From: Draconibacterium orientale
GTDB lineage: Bacteria; Bacteroidota; Bacteroidia; Bacteroidales; FEN-979
Direction of reading: 5' to 3'
Assembly (NCBI GenBank): GCA_020718225.1
Contig: DYSO01000005.1
Span: 1-54,102 of the forward strand
Length of the DNA stretch: 54,102 bases
Below, piece after piece: positions 1 through 9,621 of the stretch. Made by a program: the position numbers and the translations under genes. The stretch's first letter is position 1; each line of letters begins with the position of its first letter. The notes under the pieces were generated by a model that was given only the letters and a program-made list of their open reading frames with translations, made no database searches and was not told the DNA's origin.

Positions 1-90
1 GCCTTCCAGCCCTTCCCACTCCGACACACGGACAGAAAGACAATGCAGCAAAAATTAAAGACGTAATATCGGAGGACAAGAACGGCCAGC

Positions 91-223
91 TTGTAACAGG
101 CGGTATATTTTATTGCCGAGACAGTGGGTATTTCAGCGTTTCTGCATCTAATAAACTTTCGTGTAACTTGACAGGACAGTGCTTCGAAATCGGCAACAAA
201 AACATACCGCCAATCCGTTGGCA
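91..223 (+). repeat. attC-like imperfect inverted repeat (putative gene-cassette recombination site)
   Basis: ttgtAAC (91-97) ... GTTggca (217-223). Arm 99-119 GGCGGTATATTTTATTGCCGA pairs with arm 190-211 TCGGCAACAAAAACATACCGCC (19 WC pairs, 2 mismatches, 1 bulge). Length 133 bp. Confidence 0.6.
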
Positions 224-321
224 ACAAGTGTAAAAAGACAGACGAGACCAAAGCTTGCAAAAGAGCTGCAACCGACCGAAGGGAGCTCACGAGCACCTTT
301 GAAAATAAATAATCGGGCGAG

Positions 322-329
322 TAATTTTG
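322..329 (+). promoter_or_regulatory. Putative Bacteroidota -7 promoter element (TAnnTTTG) for hsdM
   Basis: TAATTTTG about 60 bp upstream of the ATG at 390. Confidence 0.4.
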
Positions 330-389
330 CTTACGCACCCGTGCTAAATTGTTACATTTTAGCTTTTAAAATAGTGAACAGAAAATACT

Positions 390-1505
390 ATGACAGATAA
401 TTTAGAATTAGAAAAAACCCTTTGGCAAGCAGCCGATAAACTCCGCAACAATATGGATGCGGCTGAATACAAACACGTGGTTTTGGGTTTGATATTCTTG
501 AAATACATTTCGGATGCTTTTGACGAACTATATGAGCATTTAAAAGATACGGAAAACGAAACAGGAGCCAACCCCGAAGATAAAGACGAATATACAGCCG
601 AAAGAGTTTTCTATGTTCCACCACAGGCACGTTGGAAATGGTTACAAGGCAAGGCCAAACTGCCAACAATAGGCAAAGACATTGACGATGCAATGGATGC
701 TATTGAAAAGGACAACGCTACACTAAAAGGAGTTTTACCAAAAGACTATGCCCGACCTGCATTAGATAAGCAACGATTAGGAGAATTGATTGATTTAATT
801 GGTTCAATCACTTTGAGCAAGGGCGGAAACGGAAAAGGCAAAGATGTTTTAGGTTTTGTATTTGAATATTTCTTAGGACAATTTGCCGACGCCGAAGGCA
901 AAAAAGGCGGACAATTTTATACACCGCAAAGCATTGTAAAAATACTGGTTGATATGCGTGCACCCGAACCCGAAAAACGAGTTTATGACGGATGTTGCGG
1001 AAGTGGTGGAATGTTTGTGCAAAGCGAACGCTTTATTGAAATGCACGAACACCGAAAAGGCAAGATTTCTATTTACGGACAAGAAAGCAACCCGACAACT
1101 CATAAATTAGCTAAAATGAATTTGGCTATTCGTGGTATAGATGCCAAAATTGAATTGGGCGATACTTTGATGAGCGACAAATTTCCCGAACTCAAGGTTG
1201 ATTATGTAATTGCAAATCCACCTTTCAATGTTAGCGACTACAACATAAACAAAGCCGAAACGCACAAATGGAAATACGGCATACCACCAACAGGCAACGC
1301 TAACTACGCTTGGTTGCAGCATTTCGTGAGCAAACTTGCGCCTTATGGAACAGCAGGAATTGTTTTGGCAAATGGAAGTATGAGTTCTGAAATTGCAACC
1401 GAAGGAGAAATCCGAAAAGCAATGATTGAAGCCGATTTGGTGGATTGTATGGTTTCCTTGGATAACACAGGCAAAAATGTTAGCAGAAGACTTGGTAAAT
1501 GGTAA
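390..1505 (+). pseudogene. hsdM: Type I restriction-modification methyltransferase subunit M, 3'-truncated
   Basis: N-terminus [38 protein letters not shown], motif [12 protein letters not shown] and motif IV NPPF. HsdM-like sequence stops at VDCMVSL (~1460), about 150 aa short of a typical HsdM. No hsdS follows. Confidence 0.85.
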
Positions 1506-1518
1506 AGACAACGAATAA
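1462..1518 (+). pseudogene. Probable 3'-terminal remnant of type I restriction subunit hsdR
   Basis: The +1 frame reads [18 protein letters not shown], resembling the conserved HsdR C-terminal ending (VLxQAExLAEEW-like). Confidence 0.5.
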
Positions 1519-1583
1519 ATATTGCCCACGCGTAAAAAATAAAATATGTTCCCTGTTCCCTTTATCAGATTAATTTAAACAGT

Positions 1584-4500
1584 ATGAAAAAAATTCACTA
1601 CCATCGGTTTTTTTATGTTCTGGCTGTTTTTGCCGGAATAGCGCTCCTGATGATTTCCGGGTGCAGGAAACAAAGTTCACTGCAGCGGGTCAATCCGGCA
1701 TTCCGGGAATATATCCAGGCATTCACAACGGGGATTATATCAACGCGGTCGGTTATTAAGGTCCGGCTGGCCGACAATTTTGCCGATACGGTCACCTTTA
1801 ACATGCCGGTAGCGGAGACCTTTTTCAGGTTTAAACCTGTCATTCAGGGAAAGACCTATTGGACCGACAGCCGGACCATCGAATTTCACCCGGACGAACC
1901 ATTGCCCCAGGACCAGGTATATACGGTCGCGTTTTTTCTTTCGAAGCTGATTACCGTTCCCGATTCACTGAACACGCTTTTTTCCCAGGTTCAGACCATG
2001 AAACAGGAGATCGCGGTTTCTGTTGAAAACCACAAAGCCTACTTTCATTCCGACCTTTCGCGTGAATTCCTTACAGGTATTTTAAAAACTTCCGACGTGG
2101 CCGACGATCAGCAGGTAGAAAAAGTTTTGAAGGCCACGCAGGATGGCCGGGAACTTCCGGTTTGCTGGTCGCATGATAAAAAGAACCGCTCCCATCTTTT
2201 CCAGGTTGATTCCATCCACAGGGGGAGAGCAGCCAGCGCTGTAAAACTTCAATGGGATGGCGCCCCGATAAATTCGAAAACCGATGGCGACCTGAAAGTG
2301 GAAATTCCGGCGCTGAACGATTTCAGAATACTGGATGTCCGGAGTTTCCCTTCGGAACAACCCTGTTTGCGGGTTCAGTTCAGCGATCCGCTGGATCCCG
2401 GTCAGAACCTGGATGGTCTTTTTCGTGTCGGGAAACTACAGGATTTACGGTATTCTGTTGATGATAACCTGCTTTGGATTTATCTCCCGGATATACAGGA
2501 GAACAAAACCAGGTTAACGTTCGAACCATCCATTAAAAATATTCAGCATAAGGAGTTGGGGAAGCGCATCCTTATCGATATTCAAATCGAAAATGCCAGC
2601 CCCAACCTTCGTTTTGTGGGTGATGGCGTGATCCTTCCAAGTTCCAACGGGATGTTGCTGCCTTTTGAAGCGGTTAACCTGAATGCGGTGGATATTAAAG
2701 TGGTCAGGATCTTCGAAAAAAACATCCTACAGTTTTTACAAGTCAATGAATTGTCGGGCAATTCTGAGCTTGCACGCGTTGGGCGGATTGTTTTAAAAAA
2801 GAGCATGCCCTTAAACGGGGTTGCCGATAAAGGCCGCTGGAACCGGTTTTCGATCGACCTTTCCAATCTGATAAAAACAGAGCCCGGGGCGATTTATTCG
2901 GTAATTCTCAGCTTTAGGAAAGATTATTCCACGTTCCCGTGTAATGGTTCCGATTCAGTAAACAATAACGACCGGGATATGATGGTCTTTTCTGATCCTG
3001 ATAAAGAGAACGACAAAGATTGGGGCTATTACAGCAATTATTACGATGATGACTACAACAACGGGGGATGGCTGCAATACCGTTGGGAAGAACGCGACGA
3101 CCCCTGTAAACCATCTTACTATTTCAACAAAACCATCAGCCGTAATGTCTTGTCTTCCGACCTGGGCATCATTGCCAAAGGGGGGAATGATGGGGAATTT
3201 CATGTTTATGTAACCGATATTGTTACTTCAAAGCCCCTGTCGGGTATCGCGGTGGAATTCTTCAATTTTCAGCTTCAAAGTTTGTGCAAAGCCACAACCG
3301 ATCAGGAAGGAATGGTGACGGTCCCGGTAAAGAAGCGGCCGTTTGTCCTGACGGCGAAAAGCAAGGGGCAAACCGGATATCTTAAACTTTCGGATGGTTT
3401 GGCCTTGTCGCTCAGTATGTTTGACGTCAGCGGCGAACCGGTACAAAACGGGATCAAAGGTTATTTATACGGCGAACGCGGAGTGTGGCGCCCGGGCGAT
3501 TCACTTTTTCTTACCTTCATTCTTGAGGATAAGGAACATCAGCTTCCGAAACATCATCCGGTTGGTTTTTCGTTGCTCAATCCTTCGGGTCAACTGATCA
3601 ACCGGATGGTCAGGACTTCTTCGGTAGATGGTTTTTACAGTTTCAATACGGTCACGGCCCCGGATGCGCCTACCGGGAACTGGCTTGCCCAGGTCAGCGT
3701 GGGTGGCGCCGAATTCCGGAAAACCCTGAAAATCGAAACCATTAAACCCAACCGTTTGAAGATCACACTGGACTTTAAAACCGACCGGCTAATAAAAGAT
3801 CATATTCCATCCGCTTTGCTGGAAGCTACCTGGCTTACAGGGTCCATCGCCGGGAACCTGAAGGCTAAAGTAACCATGACCCTGACAAAATCGGCAACGG
3901 AATTTAAAGGATTTCCCGGGTTTGTTTTCGACAATCCGACTGCCGGGTTTGCTGCCGAAAACATCACGGTTTTCGATGGCCGGCTGGATCCTTCAGGTTG
4001 TGCCCTTATCCTGCCAAAAATTCATGTAACCCACACCGCTCCAGGCGTTCTGAATGCCCGGTTCGAGACCATGGTTTTCGAAGATGGGGGCGATTTCAGC
4101 GTTGACCGGTTTGTCCTTCCCTATTATCCTTTTCAATCCTATTGTGGCATTCGGCCCCCCTTGAATACAAAAAACGACCACATCCTCATGACCGACAAAA
4201 CATACCCGGTCGACTTGGTTAATGTGGATTCCCGGGGGAAGCTGGTCCCGTCCAATACCTTGAAAGTTGAAGTCTATAAACTTGAATGGCGGTGGTGGTG
4301 GGACGATTCTGAAGAAGGTTCCGCCGATTTTATCTCAACTGCTTATATCCGGCCCGTCGACTCGACCCTATTGAAAACCGCTGACGGAAAAGCATCATAT
4401 CCGTTTGAGGCAGGTTATGATGATTGGGGAAGATATCTCATCAAAGTCACAGATCAATCGTCGGGCCATGCAGCCGGAACGATCGTATATGTAGACTGGC

Positions 4501-7157
4501 CCGGCTATTTCCGTATGCCGGGAGGAGAAAAGCAGGCGGCAGCAATGCTCACGCTCACTACCGATAAACCTGGTTATAAAGTGGGCGATATGATAAAATT
4601 AACACTTCCGTCTGCTCCGGATGGAAGGGCATTGGTTACCATCGAAACCGGGTCGAAGGTGTTAAAATCATTCTGGGTCCCCACTTCCCGGGGGAGTGTC
4701 GATTTTTCTGTTAAAGCAACAGAAGCGATGGCGCCCAATTGCTATGTTTACATTACCCTGATCCAGCCGCATGCGCAAACAACGAATGATCTTCCCATCC
4801 GGCTATACGGAGTTGTAGCTGTCCCCATTGAAAATCCAGGCACACATCTCAGCCCGGCCATCCACGTTCAAAAAGAATGGGCGCCCGGACAAAAAGTGAC
4901 CATTGGTATCAGCGAAAGCAACGGAAAACCCATGACCTATACCTTAGCCATTGTTGATGAGGGTTTGCTTGACCTTACCCGGTTTAAAACACCCGATCCG
5001 TGGAATGTTTTTTATGCAAGGGAAGCGCTTGGGGTGAAAACATGGGACCTGTACGATCAGGTAATAGGGGCATACAGCGGAGAATTACAACGGATTTTAA
5101 GCATCGGTGGCGATCAGGAAGGCGACTTGAAAGGGATGCTGAAAGCCAACCGGTTTGTTCCAATGGTGCGGAATTTTGGCCCATATGAATTGAAAAGCGG
5201 CCAATCGCGCAACCATTCTTTTATCATGCCTCAGTATATTGGATCGGTGAGGGTGATGGTGGTGGCAGGTAAAGATGGCGCTTATGGCCGGAATGAAAAA
5301 ACAGTAGCGGTGAAAAAACCGCTGATGGTACTTGGAACGCTTCCGCGGGTAGTTGGTCCGGGTGAAACGCTAAAGCTTCCGGTAAGTGTATTTGCCATGG
5401 ACAAAACAATAAAAAACGTGAAAGTTGATCTGGAAGTGAACCCTCAGTTTATTATCGAAGGAGCAGTTTCAAAACAACTCGTATTTACTGCAACGGGTGA
5501 TCAGATGGTTACCTTCGATCTGAAAGTCAGGGAATCAACCGGAATCGGGAAAATCCATATAGTCGCTTTCAGTGGGGACCAAACGGCCGACCATGAAATA
5601 GAAATCGAAGTCAGGAATCCCAATACCCGGATAACCAACATTTTTGAAAAGGCAATTCAGCCGGGAGGTTCCTGGATGGCTGATGTTGTTTCTCCCGGAA
5701 TTCCGGGTACCAACAGCGGGACCCTGGAAATCTCATCCATGCCGCCACTCAACCTGAAACAACGGTTGGGGTTCCTGATGAAATATCCCTATGGTTGTCT
5801 GGAACAATCGGTTTCTGCTGTTTTCCCACAACTCTGTCTGACCGATATTATGGATCTTCCGGAGGGATCAAAAAAAGAGACAACCCAGCATATCCGCCTG
5901 GCTATTCAAAGGATAAAATCGTTTCAGCTTACCAATGGAGGATTGTCATACTGGCCGGGAGGAACTTATGCCGATGATTGGGGTACCAGTTATGCCGGCC
6001 ATTTTATGATTGAAGCAGAACAGAAAGGATACGCCTTACCGGCTCATTTTATCTCTTCCTGGAAAGAATTTCAGCGACAGAAAGCGGTCTCCTGGAATGT
6101 CAATGCCGGCTATTTTAATGATGACCTCGTACAGGCCTATCGTTTGTTTACATTGGCCCTTGCCCGGTCGCCGGAGTTGGGTTCGATGAACCGACTGCTG
6201 GAGAAAAAAGACCTTTCGATAGCAGCGCAATGGCAACTGGCAGCGGCCTATCAGATTGCCGGGAAAAGTGAAACTGCCATCCAATTGATTAACCGGGCTA
6301 CCATGGGGGTTAAACCTTACCGGGAACTTACCGGTACTTTCGGTTCAGATCTTCGCGACAAAGCCATGATCGTTGACGCGCTCTGCCTCCTGAATATGAA
6401 AACGAAGGCGGCCCCCCTGGTAAAAGAGATCTCCGATGCTTTATGTTCAAGAGAATGGTACAGTACCCAATCCACCGCCTTTGCCCTTATGGCCATCGTG
6501 AAATTTACCGGAAACAGTTCCGGATCCGGAATTACGGCTACCTGCCGGATATATCAGGACGAGCCTGTTAAAATCAGTACCACGAATCCGTTTTTCTCCC
6601 GTTCCATCGATGTAATTCCCGGGAAAAAAGGGGTTGTACAGGTCACAAACAATGGTAAAAATATCCTGTTTGCCCGGGTCATTGTTTCCGGCATACCGGG
6701 CTTTGACGACGTTACTGCCGCTTCCAGTAACCTGAAGATAAAAGTAACCTGGCAATCGATCAAAGGAGACGTCATCAATCCCCAAAAATTGCCACAGGGG
6801 ACCAATTTCATTATGGAAGTGACCATTACCAACCCGGGGTTGCGGGGGAATTACCAACAATTGGCCCTGTCGCAGATTTTTCCATCGGGGTGGGAGATAA
6901 TCAATGCCCATAGCAGCAGCCTGGCCCAGACACAAACTACGGACTCTCCGTTTAGTTATCAGGATGTTCGCGATGACCGGGTTTATACCCATTTTGACCT
7001 GGATGCTGCTCAATCCAAAACATTCAGGGTGATGCTAATGGCTGCCTATCAGGGGAAGTTTTATATGCCGGCTGTTTTGTGCGAAGCCATGTACGATAAT
7101 ACCATTAATGCCCGCGTACCAGGTGGATGGGTGGAGGTGATACCATCCATAAAATGA
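1584..7157 (+). CDS. Bacterial alpha-2-macroglobulin family lipoprotein (YfhM-like)
   Basis: 1857 aa, lipobox ISGC, ERGVWRPGD, AIVDEGLL, thioester motif YPYGCLEQ, DVRDDRV/EAMYD C-terminus, adjacent to pbpC. Confidence 0.95.
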   Translation: MKKIHYHRFFYVLAVFAGIALLMISGCRKQSSLQRVNPAFREYIQAFTTGIISTRSVIKVRLADNFADTVTFNMPVAETFFRFKPVIQGKTYWTDSRTIEFHPDEPLPQDQVYTVAFFLSKLITVPDSLNTLFSQVQTMKQEIAVSVENHKAYFHSDLSREFLTGILKTSDVADDQQVEKVLKATQDGRELPVCWSHDKKNRSHLFQVDSIHRGRAASAVKLQWDGAPINSKTDGDLKVEIPALNDFRILDVRSFPSEQPCLRVQFSDPLDPGQNLDGLFRVGKLQDLRYSVDDNLLWIYLPDIQENKTRLTFEPSIKNIQHKELGKRILIDIQIENASPNLRFVGDGVILPSSNGMLLPFEAVNLNAVDIKVVRIFEKNILQFLQVNELSGNSELARVGRIVLKKSMPLNGVADKGRWNRFSIDLSNLIKTEPGAIYSVILSFRKDYSTFPCNGSDSVNNNDRDMMVFSDPDKENDKDWGYYSNYYDDDYNNGGWLQYRWEERDDPCKPSYYFNKTISRNVLSSDLGIIAKGGNDGEFHVYVTDIVTSKPLSGIAVEFFNFQLQSLCKATTDQEGMVTVPVKKRPFVLTAKSKGQTGYLKLSDGLALSLSMFDVSGEPVQNGIKGYLYGERGVWRPGDSLFLTFILEDKEHQLPKHHPVGFSLLNPSGQLINRMVRTSSVDGFYSFNTVTAPDAPTGNWLAQVSVGGAEFRKTLKIETIKPNRLKITLDFKTDRLIKDHIPSALLEATWLTGSIAGNLKAKVTMTLTKSATEFKGFPGFVFDNPTAGFAAENITVFDGRLDPSGCALILPKIHVTHTAPGVLNARFETMVFEDGGDFSVDRFVLPYYPFQSYCGIRPPLNTKNDHILMTDKTYPVDLVNVDSRGKLVPSNTLKVEVYKLEWRWWWDDSEEGSADFISTAYIRPVDSTLLKTADGKASYPFEAGYDDWGRYLIKVTDQSSGHAAGTIVYVDWPGYFRMPGGEKQAAAMLTLTTDKPGYKVGDMIKLTLPSAPDGRALVTIETGSKVLKSFWVPTSRGSVDFSVKATEAMAPNCYVYITLIQPHAQTTNDLPIRLYGVVAVPIENPGTHLSPAIHVQKEWAPGQKVTIGISESNGKPMTYTLAIVDEGLLDLTRFKTPDPWNVFYAREALGVKTWDLYDQVIGAYSGELQRILSIGGDQEGDLKGMLKANRFVPMVRNFGPYELKSGQSRNHSFIMPQYIGSVRVMVVAGKDGAYGRNEKTVAVKKPLMVLGTLPRVVGPGETLKLPVSVFAMDKTIKNVKVDLEVNPQFIIEGAVSKQLVFTATGDQMVTFDLKVRESTGIGKIHIVAFSGDQTADHEIEIEVRNPNTRITNIFEKAIQPGGSWMADVVSPGIPGTNSGTLEISSMPPLNLKQRLGFLMKYPYGCLEQSVSAVFPQLCLTDIMDLPEGSKKETTQHIRLAIQRIKSFQLTNGGLSYWPGGTYADDWGTSYAGHFMIEAEQKGYALPAHFISSWKEFQRQKAVSWNVNAGYFNDDLVQAYRLFTLALARSPELGSMNRLLEKKDLSIAAQWQLAAAYQIAGKSETAIQLINRATMGVKPYRELTGTFGSDLRDKAMIVDALCLLNMKTKAAPLVKEISDALCSREWYSTQSTAFALMAIVKFTGNSSGSGITATCRIYQDEPVKISTTNPFFSRSIDVIPGKKGVVQVTNNGKNILFARVIVSGIPGFDDVTAASSNLKIKVTWQSIKGDVINPQKLPQGTNFIMEVTITNPGLRGNYQQLALSQIFPSGWEIINAHSSSLAQTQTTDSPFSYQDVRDDRVYTHFDLDAAQSKTFRVMLMAAYQGKFYMPAVLCEAMYDNTINARVPGGWVEVIPSIK

Positions 7158-9562
7158 TCTCTCTGACGGGTTATGTTCATCGTTTCAGGAAGCTTCACCC
7201 AAACCGGCGAAAGCGGTTGGTTTATATAACCATCATGGCTTTCCTGGTTATGCTGTTTTTTTATTGGCGATGGCTTCCTGCCCCGCTGTTCAATGACCCT
7301 ATGTCCACTGTTTTATTAGACAGGAACGGTCAGTTGCTTGGTGCGAAGATATCAGCCGATCAGCAATGGCGTTTTCCGGAGAGCGATCGGGTGCCGGAAA
7401 AATTTGAACAAGCCATTCTTCATTACGAGGACCGATATTTCCGGTATCATCCTGGATTTAACCTGGTTGCAATGGTTCGCGCTACATACCTCAATTTCAG
7501 ATATCACCGGGTTGTGAGCGGAGGAAGTACCATCACCATGCAGGTCATCCGGATGGCCCGGAAAAACAGAAAGCGCACCTATTTTGAGAAAATCCGTGAA
7601 ACATTGCTTGCCATCCGTTTGGAACTTGGCAACAGCAAAACAAAAATTTTACGGTTCTATGCTTCTCATGCCCCTTTCGGAGGTAATGTAGTGGGGCTCG
7701 AAGCAGCGGCCTGGCGATATTTCGGAGTGAGGGCGGAACAACTATCCTGGGCCGAAACAGCTACCCTGGCTGTGTTGCCCAACAGTCCTGGATTGATTTA
7801 TCCCGGAAGGAACCCGGAACGGTTGCTTGCAAAACGCAACCGGCTTCTCGACCTGCTTCACAGCAGCCATGTGATCGATTCTGCGACCTGTGCGCTGGCT
7901 AAAAGTGAACGGCTTCCTGAAAAACAATTTTCTTTGCCACAACTTGCCCCCCATTTGCTTGACCGGATGATAAAAGAGGGAAAGAAAGGGAAAAAAACAG
8001 CAACCACCCTCGATGCAACACTTCAGGAAAGAATCAATAATATATTGGAAATTCATGCTACCCAACTGAAAGCAAACGAAATTCACAACGCAGCCGTACT
8101 GGTCCTTGAAGTAAATACCGGAAAAGTATTGGCTTACGTGGGGAATAGATCAAAGAACAACATCGCAGAATACGGCAATAATGTCGACATCATCACTTCG
8201 CCACGCAGTACCGGCAGCATTCTGAAACCATTTTTGTACGCAGCCATGCTAAACGACGGATTGCTGCTGCCCAACACGCTGGTCCCCGATATCCCCATGC
8301 AGGTTGGAGGGTTTATTCCCGAAAATTACAATCTGACATATGATGGCGCTGTGCCTGCAAAACGCGCCCTGTTCAGGTCCCTGAATATTCCGGCCGTAAA
8401 AATGCTTCAGACCTATGGCTACTCGCAGTTCTATGCCTTGCTCCGGAACATCGGGATGACAACCCTGGTCAAACCTGCCGGACATTATGGTTTGGCCCTC
8501 ATCCTGGGTGGCGCAGAGGCAACCTTGTGGGACCTTGCCGGCATTTACGGCTCCATGGCACGGACCTTGAACCATTTTTCAGGGAATGGTACCGGATATA
8601 CACGGACTGATTTTCATCCGCCCGTATTGACAGAAAGTGAAAAACAACAACCTCTTTTCCATGGCAGCCAAAGTTCCTGGTTCGATGCCGGTTCCATTTG
8701 GCTGACTTTTGAAGCCATGGTTGAAGTTGCACGTCCTGATGAGGATATCCAATGGCAGAGTTTTTCTTCTTCACGAAAAATTGCCTGGAAAACAGGGACC
8801 AGTTTTGGTAACCGGGATGGTTGGTCCATTGGGGTTACCCCCGGGTTTGTTGTTGCAGTTTGGGTTGGAAATGCTTCTGGAGAAGGCAGACCAGGGTTGA
8901 CCGGCATTGGTGTTGCAGCTCCCATATTGTTTGATGTTTTCAAAGCGTTGCCTGCTACTGACTGGTTCAGGCAACCCATTGAAGCGATGGTACAAACAGC
9001 GGTTTGCCGGTATAGTGGCTATCGTGCCTCTTCCATCTGTGAATTTACCGATACCATATGGATACCCAAAACCGGAATAAAAACCGCTGCCTGTCCTTTT
9101 CATCAAATGGTACATCTCGATGAAACCGGTCGGTGGCAGGTCCATTCCGGTTGCGAAACTCCCGGGCAGATGCAACATGTTTCCTGGTTTGTACTCCCGC
9201 CTGTTCAGGAGTGGTATTTCCGGGGGAAAAACCCTTTTTATAAACCCCTTCCACCGTTCCGGCCCGATTGTGGCGCTTCAGATGAACGGAAAAACATGGA
9301 AATTATCTATCCCAAAAACAACAGCAGGATCTATATTCCGGTCGAACTTGACGGAAGGGCTGGCAACGCCGTGGTAAAACTCGCCCACCGTAACCCGCAA
9401 GCGCTGGTCTATTGGCACCTCGATGACAGATTCCTTGGGATGACGACAAAAATTCATCAGATGGCCATTTCCCCCCATCAGGGGATGCACCGGCTGACCC
9501 TGGTTGATGAAAATGGAGAGACTTTGGTAATCCGATTTTGGGTTTTGACAAAAGATGAATAA
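7154..9562 (+). CDS. pbpC: Penicillin-binding protein 1C
   Basis: Transglycosylase motifs EDRYF and GGSTITMQ; transpeptidase STGSILKPF, SLN and KTGTS; C-terminal BiPBP domain. ATG at 7154 overlaps the A2M stop (ATGA). Confidence 0.95.
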   Translation: MISLTGYVHRFRKLHPNRRKRLVYITIMAFLVMLFFYWRWLPAPLFNDPMSTVLLDRNGQLLGAKISADQQWRFPESDRVPEKFEQAILHYEDRYFRYHPGFNLVAMVRATYLNFRYHRVVSGGSTITMQVIRMARKNRKRTYFEKIRETLLAIRLELGNSKTKILRFYASHAPFGGNVVGLEAAAWRYFGVRAEQLSWAETATLAVLPNSPGLIYPGRNPERLLAKRNRLLDLLHSSHVIDSATCALAKSERLPEKQFSLPQLAPHLLDRMIKEGKKGKKTATTLDATLQERINNILEIHATQLKANEIHNAAVLVLEVNTGKVLAYVGNRSKNNIAEYGNNVDIITSPRSTGSILKPFLYAAMLNDGLLLPNTLVPDIPMQVGGFIPENYNLTYDGAVPAKRALFRSLNIPAVKMLQTYGYSQFYALLRNIGMTTLVKPAGHYGLALILGGAEATLWDLAGIYGSMARTLNHFSGNGTGYTRTDFHPPVLTESEKQQPLFHGSQSSWFDAGSIWLTFEAMVEVARPDEDIQWQSFSSSRKIAWKTGTSFGNRDGWSIGVTPGFVVAVWVGNASGEGRPGLTGIGVAAPILFDVFKALPATDWFRQPIEAMVQTAVCRYSGYRASSICEFTDTIWIPKTGIKTAACPFHQMVHLDETGRWQVHSGCETPGQMQHVSWFVLPPVQEWYFRGKNPFYKPLPPFRPDCGASDERKNMEIIYPKNNSRIYIPVELDGRAGNAVVKLAHRNPQALVYWHLDDRFLGMTTKIHQMAISPHQGMHRLTLVDENGETLVIRFWVLTKDE

Positions 9563-9621
9563 TGACAGAAACCGGAAAATTTTCTATCTTGCCACCCGAA
9601 AATCCTACCAACTACTCAGCG

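Noticed and set aside
179-400. 73-aa ORF upstream of hsdM
   Set aside because: It starts inside the attC-like arm, overlaps the hsdM promoter and start, and has no recognisable motif
1461-1485. GATAAC...GTTAGCA at the hsdM breakpoint resembles a collapsed attC (TAAC/GTTAG ends)
   Set aside because: Only 25 bp with no inverted arms; better explained as coding sequence of an hsdR 3' remnant ([11 protein letters not shown])
6447-7013. Long antisense/shadow ORFs (e.g. 6447-7013, 30233-30862, 37435-38004, 49669-50217)
   Set aside because: They lie fully opposite well-supported genes and have no motifs; expected from codon bias
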